Shown: positions 1-11,252, counted from the stretch's first letter. The stretch is 64,000 nucleotides of DNA from Planktomarina sp. (GCA_022425445.1 JAKMFM010000168.1:4930-68929); one strand, 5' to 3'. The notes: generated by a model not told the origin, from the letters alone. A program made the numbers and translations.

Positions 1-70
1 TTCCGTGTTGTATCTCACCCTGCGGGAGGCGCAGCTGAAACGAAAACGAGAAAGAAAGACTCCCCTATGA
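1..70 (+). CDS. 3' end of an upstream gene, possibly a DMT/EamA-type membrane protein (partial)
   Basis: Frame 2 reads [22 protein letters not shown] and its TGA (68-70) overlaps the betB ATG (ATGA); hydrophobic-then-basic tail resembles DMT C-termini. Confidence 0.35.
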   Translation, partial: SVLYLTLREAQLKRKRERKTPL

Positions 71-1521
71 TCGATCCAAAACCCACCGCTAGCCACTTTA
101 TCAATGGTGCTTATATAGAGGATAAAACTGGCACACCGATCGATGTTATCTACCCCGCAACGGGCGAAGTGATTGGCCGGGTGCATAGTGCGACACCGCA
201 GATTTTGCAGGCAGCTCTTGCTGCGGCCAAAGCAGCTCAGCCAATATGGGCGGCGATGACCGGTACAGAGCGCGGACGGATATTGCGGCGGGCGGCGGAT
301 ATGATGCGCGCCCACAACCGTTCTTTGTCCGAATTGGAAACCTATGACACCGGCAAACCCTTGCAGGAAACTTTGGTTGCAGATGCCACTTCTGCGGCGG
401 ATGCTTTGGAGTATTTTGGTGGCCTGGCCGGGAGCCTCACTGGGGAGCATGTGCAGTTTGGTGAGGATTTTATCTATACGATACGAGAACCGCTCGGGAT
501 CTGCGTTGGCATTGGGGCTTGGAACTACCCCACGCAAATTGCCGCCTGGAAGGCTGCGCCAGCTTTAGCTTGCGGTAATGCTATGGTCTTTAAGCCCTCT
601 GAAACAACCCCGCTTTGCGCGTTGAAAGTCGCGGAAATTTTGCATGAGGCGGGTTTGCCCGCTGGCCTGTATAATGTGGTGCAGGGATTGGGTGATGTGG
701 GTGCAGCTTTGGTCAGTGACCCTTTGGTGGACAAGGTTTCGCTGACTGGCTCACTGCCAACAGGCCGCAAGGTTTATGCCGCCGCAGCCGAGGGTATGCG
801 CCATGTAACCATGGAGCTGGGTGGGAAATCGCCGCTGATCATATTTGATGATGCCGAGCTGGAAGCTGCAGTGAGCGGTGCTATCTTGGCCAATTTCTAT
901 TCCTCTGGGCAGATTTGCTCGAATGGCACACGCGTCTTTGTACAAAAGGGCATCAAGCCGGCTTTTCTCAAGCGTCTCGCAGAGCGCCTGGGTACAGCGG
1001 TTGTGGGCGATCCCATGGATGAGGAGACGAACTTTGGCCCCATGGTTTCGGAGCGACAGCGCGATATCGTGGAGGGGTTCATTGCTAAGGGTAAGGCGGA
1101 AGGGGCGCGGCTTGTCTGTGGCGGCACGCGCTTGGAGCGTCCAGGGTTTTGGCTGACACCTGCGGTATTTACGGATGTGACGGATGACATGACCATCGCA
1201 AGGGAAGAGATTTTTGGGCCGGTTTTATCAGTGCTTGAATTTGACACTGACGCCGAGGTTCTGGCGCGCGCCAATGATACGGATTACGGGCTGGCGGCTG
1301 GGGTCTTTACCCAAAACCTGCCGCGGGCGCATCGGATGGTGAAGGCTTTGGAGGCCGGAACCTGCTATATCAACACCTATAACGACGCCCCGGTTGAAGC
1401 GCCTTTTGGAGGTGTCAAGCTCTCTGGCGTGGGCCGGGAGAATTCAAAGGCTGCGATCAATCATTACTCACAGCTTAAATCTGTCTATGTGCGCCTGAGT
1501 CCCTTGGAGGCGCCCTATTAG
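67..1521 (+). CDS. betB: Betaine aldehyde dehydrogenase
   Basis: ALDH motifs [28 protein letters not shown], catalytic Cys in [24 protein letters not shown]; typical of BetB. Confidence 0.92.
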   Translation: MIDPKPTASHFINGAYIEDKTGTPIDVIYPATGEVIGRVHSATPQILQAALAAAKAAQPIWAAMTGTERGRILRRAADMMRAHNRSLSELETYDTGKPLQETLVADATSAADALEYFGGLAGSLTGEHVQFGEDFIYTIREPLGICVGIGAWNYPTQIAAWKAAPALACGNAMVFKPSETTPLCALKVAEILHEAGLPAGLYNVVQGLGDVGAALVSDPLVDKVSLTGSLPTGRKVYAAAAEGMRHVTMELGGKSPLIIFDDAELEAAVSGAILANFYSSGQICSNGTRVFVQKGIKPAFLKRLAERLGTAVVGDPMDEETNFGPMVSERQRDIVEGFIAKGKAEGARLVCGGTRLERPGFWLTPAVFTDVTDDMTIAREEIFGPVLSVLEFDTDAEVLARANDTDYGLAAGVFTQNLPRAHRMVKALEAGTCYINTYNDAPVEAPFGGVKLSGVGRENSKAAINHYSQLKSVYVRLSPLEAPY

Positions 1522-1546
1522 GGATAGGCGCATGAAGGGCGTCGCC

Positions 1547-2941
1547 TCACCTTACTTGATAGGGCAGGATGCCCCGCAGATCTGGATCCACCTGTAAATT
1601 GCGCTCCAGCGGTGGCACGGAGCGTTGGTGGCAATTGCGGCGCTCACAGATGCGGCAGGAAATACCAATGGGTTCGACCTGGGCATTGGCGCTTGTGTCG
1701 AGCCCGTCGGCATAAACCAAGGAACCTGCGTGCCGCATTTCGCATCCCAATCCGATCGCGTAGCGCCGCACGGGCGCGCCCCATGCCCCGCCGGATTTGC
1801 TCACATCCCGCGCCAAGCAGAAATAGCGTTTGCCGTCGGGCGTCTCGGCCATTTGCCGCAAAAACTGTCCTGGGGTCTCAAACGCGCGATGCACATTCCA
1901 AAGCGGACATGCACCGCCAAAGCGTGCGAATTGCAAAGAGGTGGCTGAATGGCGCTTGGTAATCGTGCCGGCCTGATCGACCCGGACGAAAAAGAAGGGC
2001 AATCCCTTTTGCCCGCTGCGTTGCAAGGTGGAGAGGCGATGGGCGACCTGTTCGATGCTGGCGCCAAACTTCCCAGCCAATTGCTCTAGATCATGTCGCA
2101 AATCCTGTGCGGCATTCAAAAAGGTGCCATAGGGCATGAGGCTGGCGCCTGCATAGTAATTGGCCAAGCCCAGTTTCGCGATGTCGCGGGCGGCGGGTGA
2201 ATGAAATTTGGCAAAGTCCAAAGTGGCATCCATCAGATCGTTTTGTGTCAACAGGGCCAGTTGGATCAGCAGTTGAAATGTCGCGGTCGCTTCGGGCAAC
2301 TGGGCCGAAAGAGTTAAGATTTTACTGTCTGGCGCATAGCTGCGCAGCGCGGGTCCCGCGCCGCGCAGCAGTGTCACCCCATGGGCTTCGAGCCTGGAAA
2401 TCGCATGGGCTTGGATGCTGCCCTTAGCGTCGGCCGCGAAGCGTTCGGCCGCGCGGTCTACAGCATCAATATAGTTGTCACAATAGTGGAAAAAATCGCG
2501 CACCTCTTCCCACGGGCTGGATTGTAGGCGGCTGTCGGCGCGGCCGAGGGCTTCATCCAGAGAGGCGAGCCGCTCATGGGTTTCACGATAGGCCCGATGG
2601 AGCTGCAAAAAAGCGCGTGCCAATCCCGGGGCGTTGTTGGCGGCCATACGGATATCGGCCAGATGCGGCGTATCAGCGCCAAAGATCGGATCAGAGGCTG
2701 CTTCGCGCATATCGCTGACCAGCCGAGCGTTGTCCCCGGAGACCAGTTCTGTAACGTCGAACCCAAAGACATCGGCCAAAGCCAAAATCACCGCCGCAGA
2801 TACTGGGCGGTTGTTGTTTTCCATTTGATTGAGATAGGGCAGCGAGACCTCGAGCCGCTCGGAAAATTCCCGCTGGGTAAGATCAACTTTGCGCCGTAAT
2901 TCTCGCAGCTTTGTGCCGGCATAGAGTTTTTGTTTGGCCAT
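1547..2941 (-). CDS. pccR: Short-chain fatty acyl-CoA regulator (ScfR/RamB/PccR family; XRE HTH, Cys-rich C-terminus)
   Basis: N-terminal HTH (LYAGTKLRELR...YLNQMENNNRP), HRLSTLQR, RFGGACPLW, C-terminal CRICERRNCHQR; next to pccB; start taken at MAKQK. Confidence 0.85.
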   Translation of the reverse strand: MAKQKLYAGTKLRELRRKVDLTQREFSERLEVSLPYLNQMENNNRPVSAAVILALADVFGFDVTELVSGDNARLVSDMREAASDPIFGADTPHLADIRMAANNAPGLARAFLQLHRAYRETHERLASLDEALGRADSRLQSSPWEEVRDFFHYCDNYIDAVDRAAERFAADAKGSIQAHAISRLEAHGVTLLRGAGPALRSYAPDSKILTLSAQLPEATATFQLLIQLALLTQNDLMDATLDFAKFHSPAARDIAKLGLANYYAGASLMPYGTFLNAAQDLRHDLEQLAGKFGASIEQVAHRLSTLQRSGQKGLPFFFVRVDQAGTITKRHSATSLQFARFGGACPLWNVHRAFETPGQFLRQMAETPDGKRYFCLARDVSKSGGAWGAPVRRYAIGLGCEMRHAGSLVYADGLDTSANAQVEPIGISCRICERRNCHQRSVPPLERNLQVDPDLRGILPYQVR

Positions 2942-2962
2942 AGGGGCTGTTAGCACAGCAAC

Positions 2963-2970
2963 TTTGCAAA
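2963..2970. promoter_or_regulatory. PccR-type operator (TTTGCAAA) upstream of pccR
   Basis: Perfect TTTGCAAA palindrome about 22 bp upstream of the pccR start. Confidence 0.55.
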
Positions 2971-2971
2971 C

Positions 2972-4201
2972 TCAACTTTGCGGGTTTGCGGTTTCAAGAG
3001 CACTGGTGCGTTTGATCACGTAGATGATTGTCAAAATCGACAGGCTGGTACTAGCCAGCATGATCATCAGCAAAGACAAAGCTCCGGTCCCGGGCACCAA
3101 TATGGCTCCGGTGCCTATTGCGATCAATGCGCCGCCACCGGTGTTGATCGTGCCGCCGATGCCTGACGCGGAGCCAGCCAAATGTGGCCTCACTGACATC
3201 ATGCCGGCTGTGGCATTGGGCAAAACCATGCCATTGCCGAGGCCCATGAAGCAGACACAGCCAAAAAAGGAAATCGGCTGCGCGTTGGTAAACAGAAATA
3301 AACCGATGCTCAAGATCAATCCGAGGCAGGTCAAAACAGTGCCGATCAGCACCATGCGATTCACTCCCAGCGCGCTTGAGAAACGTCCTGAGATGCCGTT
3401 GCCGACAATATAGCCCAATGAGGGCGCCCCGAGGTAAACTCCCAAAGCGGCTGGTGATAGGCCAAATATTTCCCGGCCAACATAGGCACCGCCGCCCAGA
3501 TATGCGAAATATGCGCCCGCACTGAAGCTGGCGGTTAGGCAATAGCCCCAAAAGCGCCGAGATTTGAGCAGTTCAGGATAGGCACGAAACTGTTCGGCCA
3601 TGGAGCTGGTTTGGTGCAAGTTGGTTTCACCCATGTCGAAATAGGTCAGGGCGAAAACAAAAACCCCAACGCCGAGCAGAAGCCAAAAACTTGCAACCCA
3701 GCCAAATTGCGCCTCCAAGCCACCGCCCAGTGCAGGTCCAATGAGCGGTAAGATGGCCATGCCCATTGTGACGTATCCCAGCACAGAAGCAGCTTGGTCT
3801 TGGCTGCAGGTGTCGCGGATCGCTGCGCGGGACAGAACCAGGCCGGTGACAACAACCGCTTGCAGCAAGCGGCAGACCAGAAAAAATTCGAAGGAAGAGG
3901 AGATAGTGCATCCCAACGAGGCGCAGCAAAAAATGGCTAAGGCGACCATGACCACAGGCCGGCGCCCGTACCGATCTGATAGCGGTCCGACAAAAAGCTG
4001 GAATACCGCATTCATCGCCAAATACAGACTTACGGCGAGTGCGGCGCTGGCGTAGCTGATATCAAAAGTCTGTGCCATTGAGGGCAGCGACGGCAGAAAG
4101 ATGCTGAGGCCCAAGGCTCCGACCGCTGAGAGGCAAATCAGTGTGAAGATGCTGGGTGGTGTTGAATTGTCCAAGAACTTGGAGCGCGAATGACTACTCA
4201 T
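2972..4201 (-). CDS. Bcr/CflA family MFS multidrug efflux transporter
   Basis: About 12 hydrophobic segments; IFLPSLP and motif [13 protein letters not shown]. Confidence 0.88.
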   Translation of the reverse strand: MSSHSRSKFLDNSTPPSIFTLICLSAVGALGLSIFLPSLPSMAQTFDISYASAALAVSLYLAMNAVFQLFVGPLSDRYGRRPVVMVALAIFCCASLGCTISSSFEFFLVCRLLQAVVVTGLVLSRAAIRDTCSQDQAASVLGYVTMGMAILPLIGPALGGGLEAQFGWVASFWLLLGVGVFVFALTYFDMGETNLHQTSSMAEQFRAYPELLKSRRFWGYCLTASFSAGAYFAYLGGGAYVGREIFGLSPAALGVYLGAPSLGYIVGNGISGRFSSALGVNRMVLIGTVLTCLGLILSIGLFLFTNAQPISFFGCVCFMGLGNGMVLPNATAGMMSVRPHLAGSASGIGGTINTGGGALIAIGTGAILVPGTGALSLLMIMLASTSLSILTIIYVIKRTSALETANPQS

Positions 4202-4241
4202 TTTAAATCGCTATCGTCGCTTGTGGGGCTTGTCCAGACTA

Positions 4242-4298
4242 TTTGCAATTATTCAATTATGCAGTTTATTGCCGCAAAATATTTGCAAATATTCCAAA
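4242..4298. promoter_or_regulatory. Cluster of PccR-type operator sites upstream of pccB
   Basis: TTTGCAAT (4242-4249), GCCGCAAA (4271-4278), perfect TTTGCAAA (4282-4289), ATTCCAAA (4291-4298) in an AT-rich divergent intergenic region. Confidence 0.65.
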
Positions 4299-4352
4299 TT
4301 CGACTTCGCTTTGTTGGCGCAGCGGGCTATGGTCCCACAAAGAGGATCTGCC

Positions 4353-5885
4353 ATGACGAATATTTTGAACGAATTACAAAGCCGACGTGATGTTGCGCGG
4401 ATGGGCGGCGGTCAGCGCCGGATTGATGCGCAGCATGCGAAGGGAAAACTCACTGCGCGCGAACGGATTGATTTGCTACTAGATGAGGGGAGCTTTGAAG
4501 AATTTGATATGTTCAAAGCCCACCGCTGTGTGGATTTCGGCATGCAAGAGCAAACCTACCCCGGTGATGGGGTGGTCACGGGGTGGGGCACGGTTAATGG
4601 GCGGATGGTCTATGTATATAGTCAAGATTTTACCGTTTTTGGGGGCTCATTGTCAGAAACCCACGCAGAGAAGATTTGTAAGATCATGGATATGGCGATG
4701 CAAAATGGGGCGCCGGTGATCGGACTGAACGATTCTGGTGGCGCGCGGATTCAAGAGGGCGTCGCCTCTTTGGCCGGTTACGCTGAGGTGTTTCAACGCA
4801 ATGTCATGGCCTCTGGCGTGGTGCCACAAATCAGCGTTATCATGGGCCCCTGTGCCGGTGGCGCAGTCTATTCGCCGGCGATGACTGATTTCATTTTCAT
4901 GGTCAAAGACAGCAGTTATATGTTTGTGACCGGTCCCGATGTGGTCAAAACGGTGACCAATGAGGTGGTGACCGCTGAAGAGCTGGGTGGAGCTGTCACC
5001 CATACGAAGAAATCTTCTGTGGCGGATGGGGCCTTTGAAAATGATGTTGAGGCGCTGACCGAAGTCCGGCGTCTGGTGGATTTTTTGCCGCTCAACAATC
5101 GCGAGAAACCACCGGTGCGGCCATTCTTTGACGATCCGCTTCGCGTGGATAACAGTTTGGACACTTTGATTCCGGCCAATCCAAACCAGCCTTATGATAT
5201 GAAAGAGCTGATCCTTAAAATTGCCGATGAAGGTGATTTTTATGAGATCCAAGAGGAATTTGCCAAAAATATCCTCACGGGCTTTATCCGCATGGAAGGC
5301 TCGACCGTCGGGGTCGTTGCCAATCAGCCGACGGTTTTGGCCGGTTGTTTGGACATTGACGCCAGCCGCAAGGCTGCGCGTTTTGTACGGTTTTGTGATG
5401 CATTTGAAATCCCAATCCTAACCCTCGTGGACGTGCCGGGCTTTTTGCCCGGAACAGGGCAGGAATATGGCGGCGTGATTAAGCATGGGGCGAAACTACT
5501 GTTTGCCTATGGTGAGGCCACGGTGCCAAAGGTGACGGTCATCACGCGTAAAGCCTATGGCGGCGCCTATGATGTGATGGCTTCCAAACATCTGCGCGGT
5601 GATTTCAACTACGCTTGGCCCACAGCGGAGATCGCCGTCATGGGCGCCAAAGGGGCCACAGAGATCATTCATCGCGCAGATCTGGGTGATGCGGAAAAGA
5701 TTGCGCAGCACACGAAAGACTATGAAGAACGCTTCGCCAATCCTTTCGTTGCCGCGGAAAAAGGTTTCATCGACGAGGTGATCATGCCTGCATCTACCCG
5801 TCGCCGGGTGTGCCGAGCATTTGCCAGTTTGCGGGGAAAATCCCTGAAAAATCCGTGGAAAAAACATGACAATATTCCACTTTAA
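4353..5885 (+). CDS. pccB: Propionyl-CoA carboxylase beta (carboxyltransferase) subunit
   Basis: [50 protein letters not shown]-terminal WKKHDNIPL; GAGGA RBS before ATG 4353. Confidence 0.95.
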   Translation: MTNILNELQSRRDVARMGGGQRRIDAQHAKGKLTARERIDLLLDEGSFEEFDMFKAHRCVDFGMQEQTYPGDGVVTGWGTVNGRMVYVYSQDFTVFGGSLSETHAEKICKIMDMAMQNGAPVIGLNDSGGARIQEGVASLAGYAEVFQRNVMASGVVPQISVIMGPCAGGAVYSPAMTDFIFMVKDSSYMFVTGPDVVKTVTNEVVTAEELGGAVTHTKKSSVADGAFENDVEALTEVRRLVDFLPLNNREKPPVRPFFDDPLRVDNSLDTLIPANPNQPYDMKELILKIADEGDFYEIQEEFAKNILTGFIRMEGSTVGVVANQPTVLAGCLDIDASRKAARFVRFCDAFEIPILTLVDVPGFLPGTGQEYGGVIKHGAKLLFAYGEATVPKVTVITRKAYGGAYDVMASKHLRGDFNYAWPTAEIAVMGAKGATEIIHRADLGDAEKIAQHTKDYEERFANPFVAAEKGFIDEVIMPASTRRRVCRAFASLRGKSLKNPWKKHDNIPL

Positions 5886-5903
5886 GGTCGAAGAGAGCCA
5901 ATA

Positions 5904-6263
5904 ATGGAAAAACACCGAGGGTTTCCCGGCCGTCTTCCCGGTACGGATGCGCAATTTACCATTCGGCGCGCGAGCAAGAATGGCGCAACAAAAATCATCA
6001 GGCGTGAGCGCTATGCCGATCGTCGCCCGCCAGATCGGCGCGCCGATGAGGCATTTTTGCGGGCTTTGATTGAGTATTTTGGAGAGGAGCCCTTTGAGCG
6101 GGGCAATCTCGATGGGGGCCGTTTGTCCTGGCTGTTTGAGCGCGAAGTCGTTCCCGCGCAGGATGACTTTGATCCTGAATCTTATGTGGCTTTGCTGCGG
6201 GTGGATCTGAAAAAAGCGCAAGCGAGCTTTCCACAAATTTTTGTCGACGGGTGGTCGGCGTGA
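5904..6263 (+). CDS. Hypothetical protein between pccB and pccA
   Basis: 119-aa ORF 18 bp after pccB, same strand, protein-like composition; no recognised domain. Confidence 0.7.
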   Translation: MEKHRGFPGRLPGTDAQFTIRRASKNGATKIIRRERYADRRPPDRRADEAFLRALIEYFGEEPFERGNLDGGRLSWLFEREVVPAQDDFDPESYVALLRVDLKKAQASFPQIFVDGWSA

Positions 6264-6426
6264 ATCTGCCGGGTCGCATAGGGTGTTTTGCGCGGCTTTG
6301 TGCCCAGTGTTTGGGAGGGGCCGGGACTGCCCTTGGCCTGCACAGCTGCGCGCGTCATAATCTGGGTGTTGGAGTTTCAAAAACCTTTGCATTGGTTTTA
6401 AATACACATCGACCCTTTCTTTCCTT

Positions 6427-6463
6427 AACCGGTTCTGGCCTTGGCCAGCGCCGGTTCTTTTTT
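6427..6463 (+). terminator. Intrinsic terminator-like hairpin 50 nt upstream of pccA
   Basis: AACCGG-TT-CTGGCC-TT-GGCCAG-CG-CCGGTT followed by CTTTTTT. Confidence 0.65.
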
Positions 6464-6512
6464 ACGCGCAGCTCTTTTGTTGTGAGCCGCGCGCGCCGAG
6501 AAGGATTCCTCA

Positions 6513-8510
6513 ATGTTTGAAAAGATATTAATTGCCAACCGGGGCGAAATCGCTTGCCGTGTGATCAAAACAGCCAAGGCGATGGGGATCAAAACTGTGG
6601 CGATATATTCCGATGCCGATGCTCAGGCGCTGCATGTGCAAATGGCGGATGAGGCGGTGCATATCGGTCCTTCACCCGCGAATCAGTCTTACATTGTGAT
6701 TGAAAAAGTCATGGAGGCGATCCGGCAAACTGGGGCGCAAGCGGTGCATCCCGGCTACGGGTTTTTGTCCGAAAATCGACTGTTTGCTGAGGCATTGGAG
6801 GCTGAAGGCGTGGCTTTTATTGGCCCCCCCGCCTCTGCGATTGAAAGCATGGGAGACAAAATCACCTCTAAAAAATTGGCGAAGGAAGCTGGGGTAAGCA
6901 CAGTCCCGGGCTATATGGGTTTGATCGCTGACGCCGATGAGGCGGTGAAGATCGCCCAAGAGGTCGGATATCCGGTGATGCTCAAAGCCAGCGCCGGTGG
7001 CGGTGGCAAGGGCATGCGCATCGCATGGAATGATGCGGAGGCGCGCGAGGGTTTCCAATCTTCCAAGAATGAAGCGGCCAGCAGCTTTGGAGATGACCGG
7101 ATTTTCATCGAAAAATTCGTCACCCAACCCCGGCACATTGAAATTCAAGTTCTGGCGGATGGCCATGGCAATTGCATCTATCTCAATGAACGCGAATGTT
7201 CCATCCAGCGACGCAACCAAAAAGTGATTGAGGAGGCGCCGAGTCCCTTTCTCACACCTGAAGTGCGCAAAGCGATGGGCGCGCAATCTTGTGCACTGGC
7301 CCAAGCTGTCGGCTATACCAGCGCCGGCACTGTTGAGTTCATAGTCGACAGCGCGCAAAACTTTTATTTCCTTGAGATGAATACCCGCTTGCAGGTTGAG
7401 CACCCTGTGACCGAGTTGATCACCGGCGTAGATTTGGTGGAACAGATGATCCGTGTGGCCAATGGTGAGGCGCTTTCCATTACCCAAGATGGTGTGAAAA
7501 TCAATGGTTGGGCCCTGGAGAGCCGCCTCTATGCGGAAGACCCGTATCGGGGATTTTTGCCGTCAATTGGGCGGTTGACGCGGTATCGTCCGCCTGCTGA
7601 AACCCGCAGTGCAACGGCGGCGGTCCGCAATGATACGGGTGTCTATGAAGGTGGTGAAATTTCCATGTTCTATGATCCAATGATTGCCAAGCTCTGCACC
7701 TGGGCGCCCGATCGTCCGGCGGCCATCGCGCAGATGCGCAATGCGCTGGACGCCTTTGAGGTTGAGGGCATTGGTCACAATATTCCCTTCCTGTCTGCCG
7801 TGATGGATCACCCGAGGTTTTGTGCTGGAAATATCACTACTGCCTTTATCGAAGAAGAGTATCCAGAGGGGTTTCATGGGGTTGAATTGCCACAAGAGAC
7901 GCTCAAAATTGTCGGCGCCTGCGCGGCAGCAATGTATCGCTTGGGTGAAATTCGCCGCACGAAAGTCTCTGGGCGCATGGATAATCACGAGCGCCGAGTG
8001 CGGGATGATTGGGTTGTGGGTATTCAGGGCCACGAATTTCCCGTGACCATTGCAGCCGATCCCAATGGATCCACCGTGCATTTTGAAAGCGGCAGCCACC
8101 GGGTGGCCAGTGATTGGAGGCCAGGCAAGCCGCTGGCTTTGATGAATGTGGATGGTGTTGATATCGCATTAAAGGTTGAGAAATGCACAAGCGGGTTCCG
8201 CATCCGGTTCCGCGGCGCCAATATGCGCGTGACCGTGCGCAGCCCACGTCAGGCAGAGCTGGCCAAATTGATGATCCCGAAAGTTGCGCCGGATACTTCG
8301 AAACTTTTACTTTGCCCGATGCCTGGCTTGATCGTGAAAGTCGATGTGGCTGTGGGTGACGAGGTACAAGAGGGGCAAACGCTCTGCACCGTTGAGGCGA
8401 TGAAAATGGAAAATATTTTGCGGGCTGAGAAAAAAGCTGTTGTCAGCAAGATTCATGCGGCGCCGGGGGACAGCCTGGCGGTGGATGCGATCATTATGGA
8501 GTTTGAGTGA
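6513..8510 (+). CDS. pccA: Propionyl-CoA carboxylase alpha subunit (biotin carboxylase + biotinyl domain)
   Basis: ILIANRGEIA, HPGYGFLSEN, GGGGKGMR, ERECSIQRR, MNTRLQVEHPVTE, biotin site EAMKMEN. Confidence 0.95.
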   Translation: MFEKILIANRGEIACRVIKTAKAMGIKTVAIYSDADAQALHVQMADEAVHIGPSPANQSYIVIEKVMEAIRQTGAQAVHPGYGFLSENRLFAEALEAEGVAFIGPPASAIESMGDKITSKKLAKEAGVSTVPGYMGLIADADEAVKIAQEVGYPVMLKASAGGGGKGMRIAWNDAEAREGFQSSKNEAASSFGDDRIFIEKFVTQPRHIEIQVLADGHGNCIYLNERECSIQRRNQKVIEEAPSPFLTPEVRKAMGAQSCALAQAVGYTSAGTVEFIVDSAQNFYFLEMNTRLQVEHPVTELITGVDLVEQMIRVANGEALSITQDGVKINGWALESRLYAEDPYRGFLPSIGRLTRYRPPAETRSATAAVRNDTGVYEGGEISMFYDPMIAKLCTWAPDRPAAIAQMRNALDAFEVEGIGHNIPFLSAVMDHPRFCAGNITTAFIEEEYPEGFHGVELPQETLKIVGACAAAMYRLGEIRRTKVSGRMDNHERRVRDDWVVGIQGHEFPVTIAADPNGSTVHFESGSHRVASDWRPGKPLALMNVDGVDIALKVEKCTSGFRIRFRGANMRVTVRSPRQAELAKLMIPKVAPDTSKLLLCPMPGLIVKVDVAVGDEVQEGQTLCTVEAMKMENILRAEKKAVVSKIHAAPGDSLAVDAIIMEFE

Positions 8511-8574
8511 GCTTGAACCCCTCAAGCCCGCAGGTGGTGGGGCCTTTGGGTCTCTCGCACCTGTGCGGCGGCCC

Positions 8575-9021
8575 TCAGGGCTTGCGCATCTCGCGTTGCC
8601 GGATGGGCATTTTGTCGATCACCCGGCTCAATTCACGCATGTCCCAGGCAAAGGGTTTGCGCAGTTTGATTTTGCCATCCTTGCCAATCAAAACCCAATT
8701 GAAGCCTTTGGGGTGCAAGGTCTTGCGCAGGGTGGATTGGGCTTTTGGGTCGGTGTCGACCACGATCATGACGTCGCGATCCTGCAACACAGCTATTTCG
8801 GCCTGCAAAAGTGCCATTTGCTGGGTGAAGGTGGGGTCCAGCGGGCTATCGGCGAACACAACCCAGGGCCGCGCCACCCAGATGACATCTGAAAGCTCGA
8901 CCTCGGAGGCGTCAAAAATATGGGCCGGATCGGAGCGCCAAATGTTTAAGGCTTCCCCGGCAAAGACTGGGGGGGCGATGGCCAGAAGCCCGAGCCAAAA
9001 GTGGAACACTGTTTTCAACAT
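8575..9021 (-). CDS. DUF4174 family exported protein
   Basis: N-terminal signal peptide, LIGKDG motif, C-terminal IDKMPIRQREM; GAAGGAG RBS. Confidence 0.8.
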   Translation of the reverse strand: MLKTVFHFWLGLLAIAPPVFAGEALNIWRSDPAHIFDASEVELSDVIWVARPWVVFADSPLDPTFTQQMALLQAEIAVLQDRDVMIVVDTDPKAQSTLRKTLHPKGFNWVLIGKDGKIKLRKPFAWDMRELSRVIDKMPIRQREMRKP

Positions 9022-9125
9022 AATATCTCCTTCAAAGCTCAATATAGGGCCTTTGCAATTGCAAGCGAAGGGGTTGAACGAAAAATACCGGGGACGATCG
9101 ACCCATGGGACAAGGAGCGCGGATA

Positions 9126-11252
9126 ATGACAGATAAGACATCTTGGAGCGAAGTTGCTGGCAAGGAGCTGCGCGGTAAGCCATTGGAATCTTTGACTTGG
9201 GATACGCTTGAGGGCATCAAGGTTCAGCCGCTTTATACGGCTGAGGACGTGAAAGACTTGCCGCATATGGGCAACGTGCCGGGACAAGAACCCTACATGC
9301 GGGGTGTCAAAGCCACCATGTATGCGGGCCGGCCGTGGACCATTCGGCAATATGCCGGATTTTCCACCGCTGAGGAGTCCAATGCCTTTTATCGCCAAGG
9401 GCTCGCGGCCGGGCAGCAGGGGGTTTCGGTGGCCTTCGATTTGGCCACGCATCGCGGCTATGACAGCGATCATCCACGCGTTGTCGGCGATGTGGGCAAA
9501 GCTGGGGTGGCGATTGACAGTGTAGAGGATATGAAAATCCTCTTTGATGGCATTCCATTGGATAAGATTTCCGTCTCCATGACTATGAATGGCGCCGTGA
9601 TCCCGGTTTTGGCGTCCTTCATTGTGGCGGGTGAAGAGCAAGGCGTCAGCCGCGCGGCTCTCTCAGGCACCATCCAAAACGACATTCTGAAAGAGTTCAT
9701 GGTGCGCAACACCTATATTTACCCACCCGAGGCCTCCATGCGAATTGTGGCCGATATTATCGAATTTACCGCCCGTGATATGCCGAAGTTCAACTCGATT
9801 TCGATCAGCGGTTACCACATGCAAGAGGCTGGAGCGAATTTGGTGCAGGAGTTGGCATATACCATTGCAGATGGGCGCGAATATGTGCGCGCGGCCATAG
9901 CGCGGGGGATGGATGTGGATGCCTTTGCCGGGCGGCTGTCGTTTTTCTTTGCCATCGGTATGAATTTCTTCATGGAAGCGGCGAAATTGCGCGCCGCCAG
10001 GGTGCTATGGCATCGGGTCATGGCGGAATTTGAACCGAAAAATGCCAAATCCAGTATGCTGCGGACCCATTGCCAAACCTCTGGTGTGAGTCTGCAAGAG
10101 CAGGATCCCTATAACAACATCGTGCGCACTGCTTTTGAAGCGATGTCCGCGGTCTTGGGTGGCACGCAATCGCTCCATACCAATAGTTTTGATGAGGCCA
10201 TTGCCCTGCCCACTGAAACCTCGGCGCGCATTGCCCGCAACACTCAGCTCATTTTGCAAGAGGAGACGGGGGTGACCAATGTAGTTGATCCGCTGGCTGG
10301 GTCTTACTATGTGGAAAAACTCACTGCGGATCTTATTGATGAGGCCTGGGCGCTGATCGAAGAGGTTGAGGAAATGGGCGGCATGACCAAAGCCGTTGCA
10401 AGCGGCCTGCCCAAGCTCAAAATTGAAGAAACTGCGGCGCGGCGCCAGGCAATGATTGACCGCGGCCAAGAGGTGATTGTTGGGGTCAATAAATATACTT
10501 CTGACAAACAACCGGACATCGAAGTGCGCGACATCGATAACAATCAGGTGCGTGACGCACAGGTCGCGAAACTGCAATCCATTCGCGCCAACCGAGATCG
10601 AGCGGCCTGTGATGCGGCTCTTCTCGAGCTTGGACGGCGCTGCGTTGAAGGGGGCAATCTATTAGAAGCGGCCGTTGAAGCGGCGCGCTATCGGGCGACG
10701 GTGGGGGAAATTTCATTGGCGATGGAGGGCACCTTTGGCCGACATCGCGCGGAGGTGAAGACATTGGCTGGCGTATATGGATCCGCCTATGAGGGCGATG
10801 AAAGTTTTGAGAAAATTCAGAAATCTGTCGAGGAGTTCGCCGCAGAAGAGGGGCGTAGGCCCCGGATGCTTGTGGTGAAAATGGGACAAGATGGTCACGA
10901 CCGTGGCGCCAAAGTGATTGCCACGGCCTTTGCCGACATTGGCTTTGATGTGGACGTTGGGCCTTTGTTTCAAACCCCAGAGGAGGCGGCGCAGGACGCG
11001 GTCGACAATGACGTGCATGTGGTCGGTATTTCCAGCCAAGCTGCGGGCCACAAGACCTTAGCGCCGAAACTGGTCGAGGCATTGAAGGCCGCAGATGCGC
11101 AGGAAATTATCGTGGTCTGCGGTGGTGTTATTCCTCAGCAAGACTATGACTACCTCAAAGCCTCCGGCGTTGCAGCGATCTTTGGTCCAGGCACAAACAT
11201 CCCGGATGCGGCACAGAATGTTTTGGATTTGATCCGAAAGGCGCGTCTCTGA
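9126..11252 (+). CDS. scpA: Methylmalonyl-CoA mutase (B12-dependent)
   Basis: [44 protein letters not shown]12-binding [10 protein letters not shown]. Confidence 0.95.
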   Translation: MTDKTSWSEVAGKELRGKPLESLTWDTLEGIKVQPLYTAEDVKDLPHMGNVPGQEPYMRGVKATMYAGRPWTIRQYAGFSTAEESNAFYRQGLAAGQQGVSVAFDLATHRGYDSDHPRVVGDVGKAGVAIDSVEDMKILFDGIPLDKISVSMTMNGAVIPVLASFIVAGEEQGVSRAALSGTIQNDILKEFMVRNTYIYPPEASMRIVADIIEFTARDMPKFNSISISGYHMQEAGANLVQELAYTIADGREYVRAAIARGMDVDAFAGRLSFFFAIGMNFFMEAAKLRAARVLWHRVMAEFEPKNAKSSMLRTHCQTSGVSLQEQDPYNNIVRTAFEAMSAVLGGTQSLHTNSFDEAIALPTETSARIARNTQLILQEETGVTNVVDPLAGSYYVEKLTADLIDEAWALIEEVEEMGGMTKAVASGLPKLKIEETAARRQAMIDRGQEVIVGVNKYTSDKQPDIEVRDIDNNQVRDAQVAKLQSIRANRDRAACDAALLELGRRCVEGGNLLEAAVEAARYRATVGEISLAMEGTFGRHRAEVKTLAGVYGSAYEGDESFEKIQKSVEEFAAEEGRRPRMLVVKMGQDGHDRGAKVIATAFADIGFDVDVGPLFQTPEEAAQDAVDNDVHVVGISSQAAGHKTLAPKLVEALKAADAQEIIVVCGGVIPQQDYDYLKASGVAAIFGPGTNIPDAAQNVLDLIRKARL

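Noticed and set aside
4221-4352. N-terminal extensions in the ORF track (pccB, parE, transaminase, phasin, thyX, rpiA, sdaA and others)
   Set aside because: They start at upstream TTG/GTG/ATG codons without an RBS and cover promoter or operator DNA; family homology begins at the downstream start
5496-6407. 303-aa antisense ORF, and similar long shadow ORFs (6672-7487, 15309-16010, 42809-43648, 49899-50702)
   Set aside because: They lie opposite well-conserved genes and have no recognisable motifs; long antisense frames are expected from codon bias at this GC content
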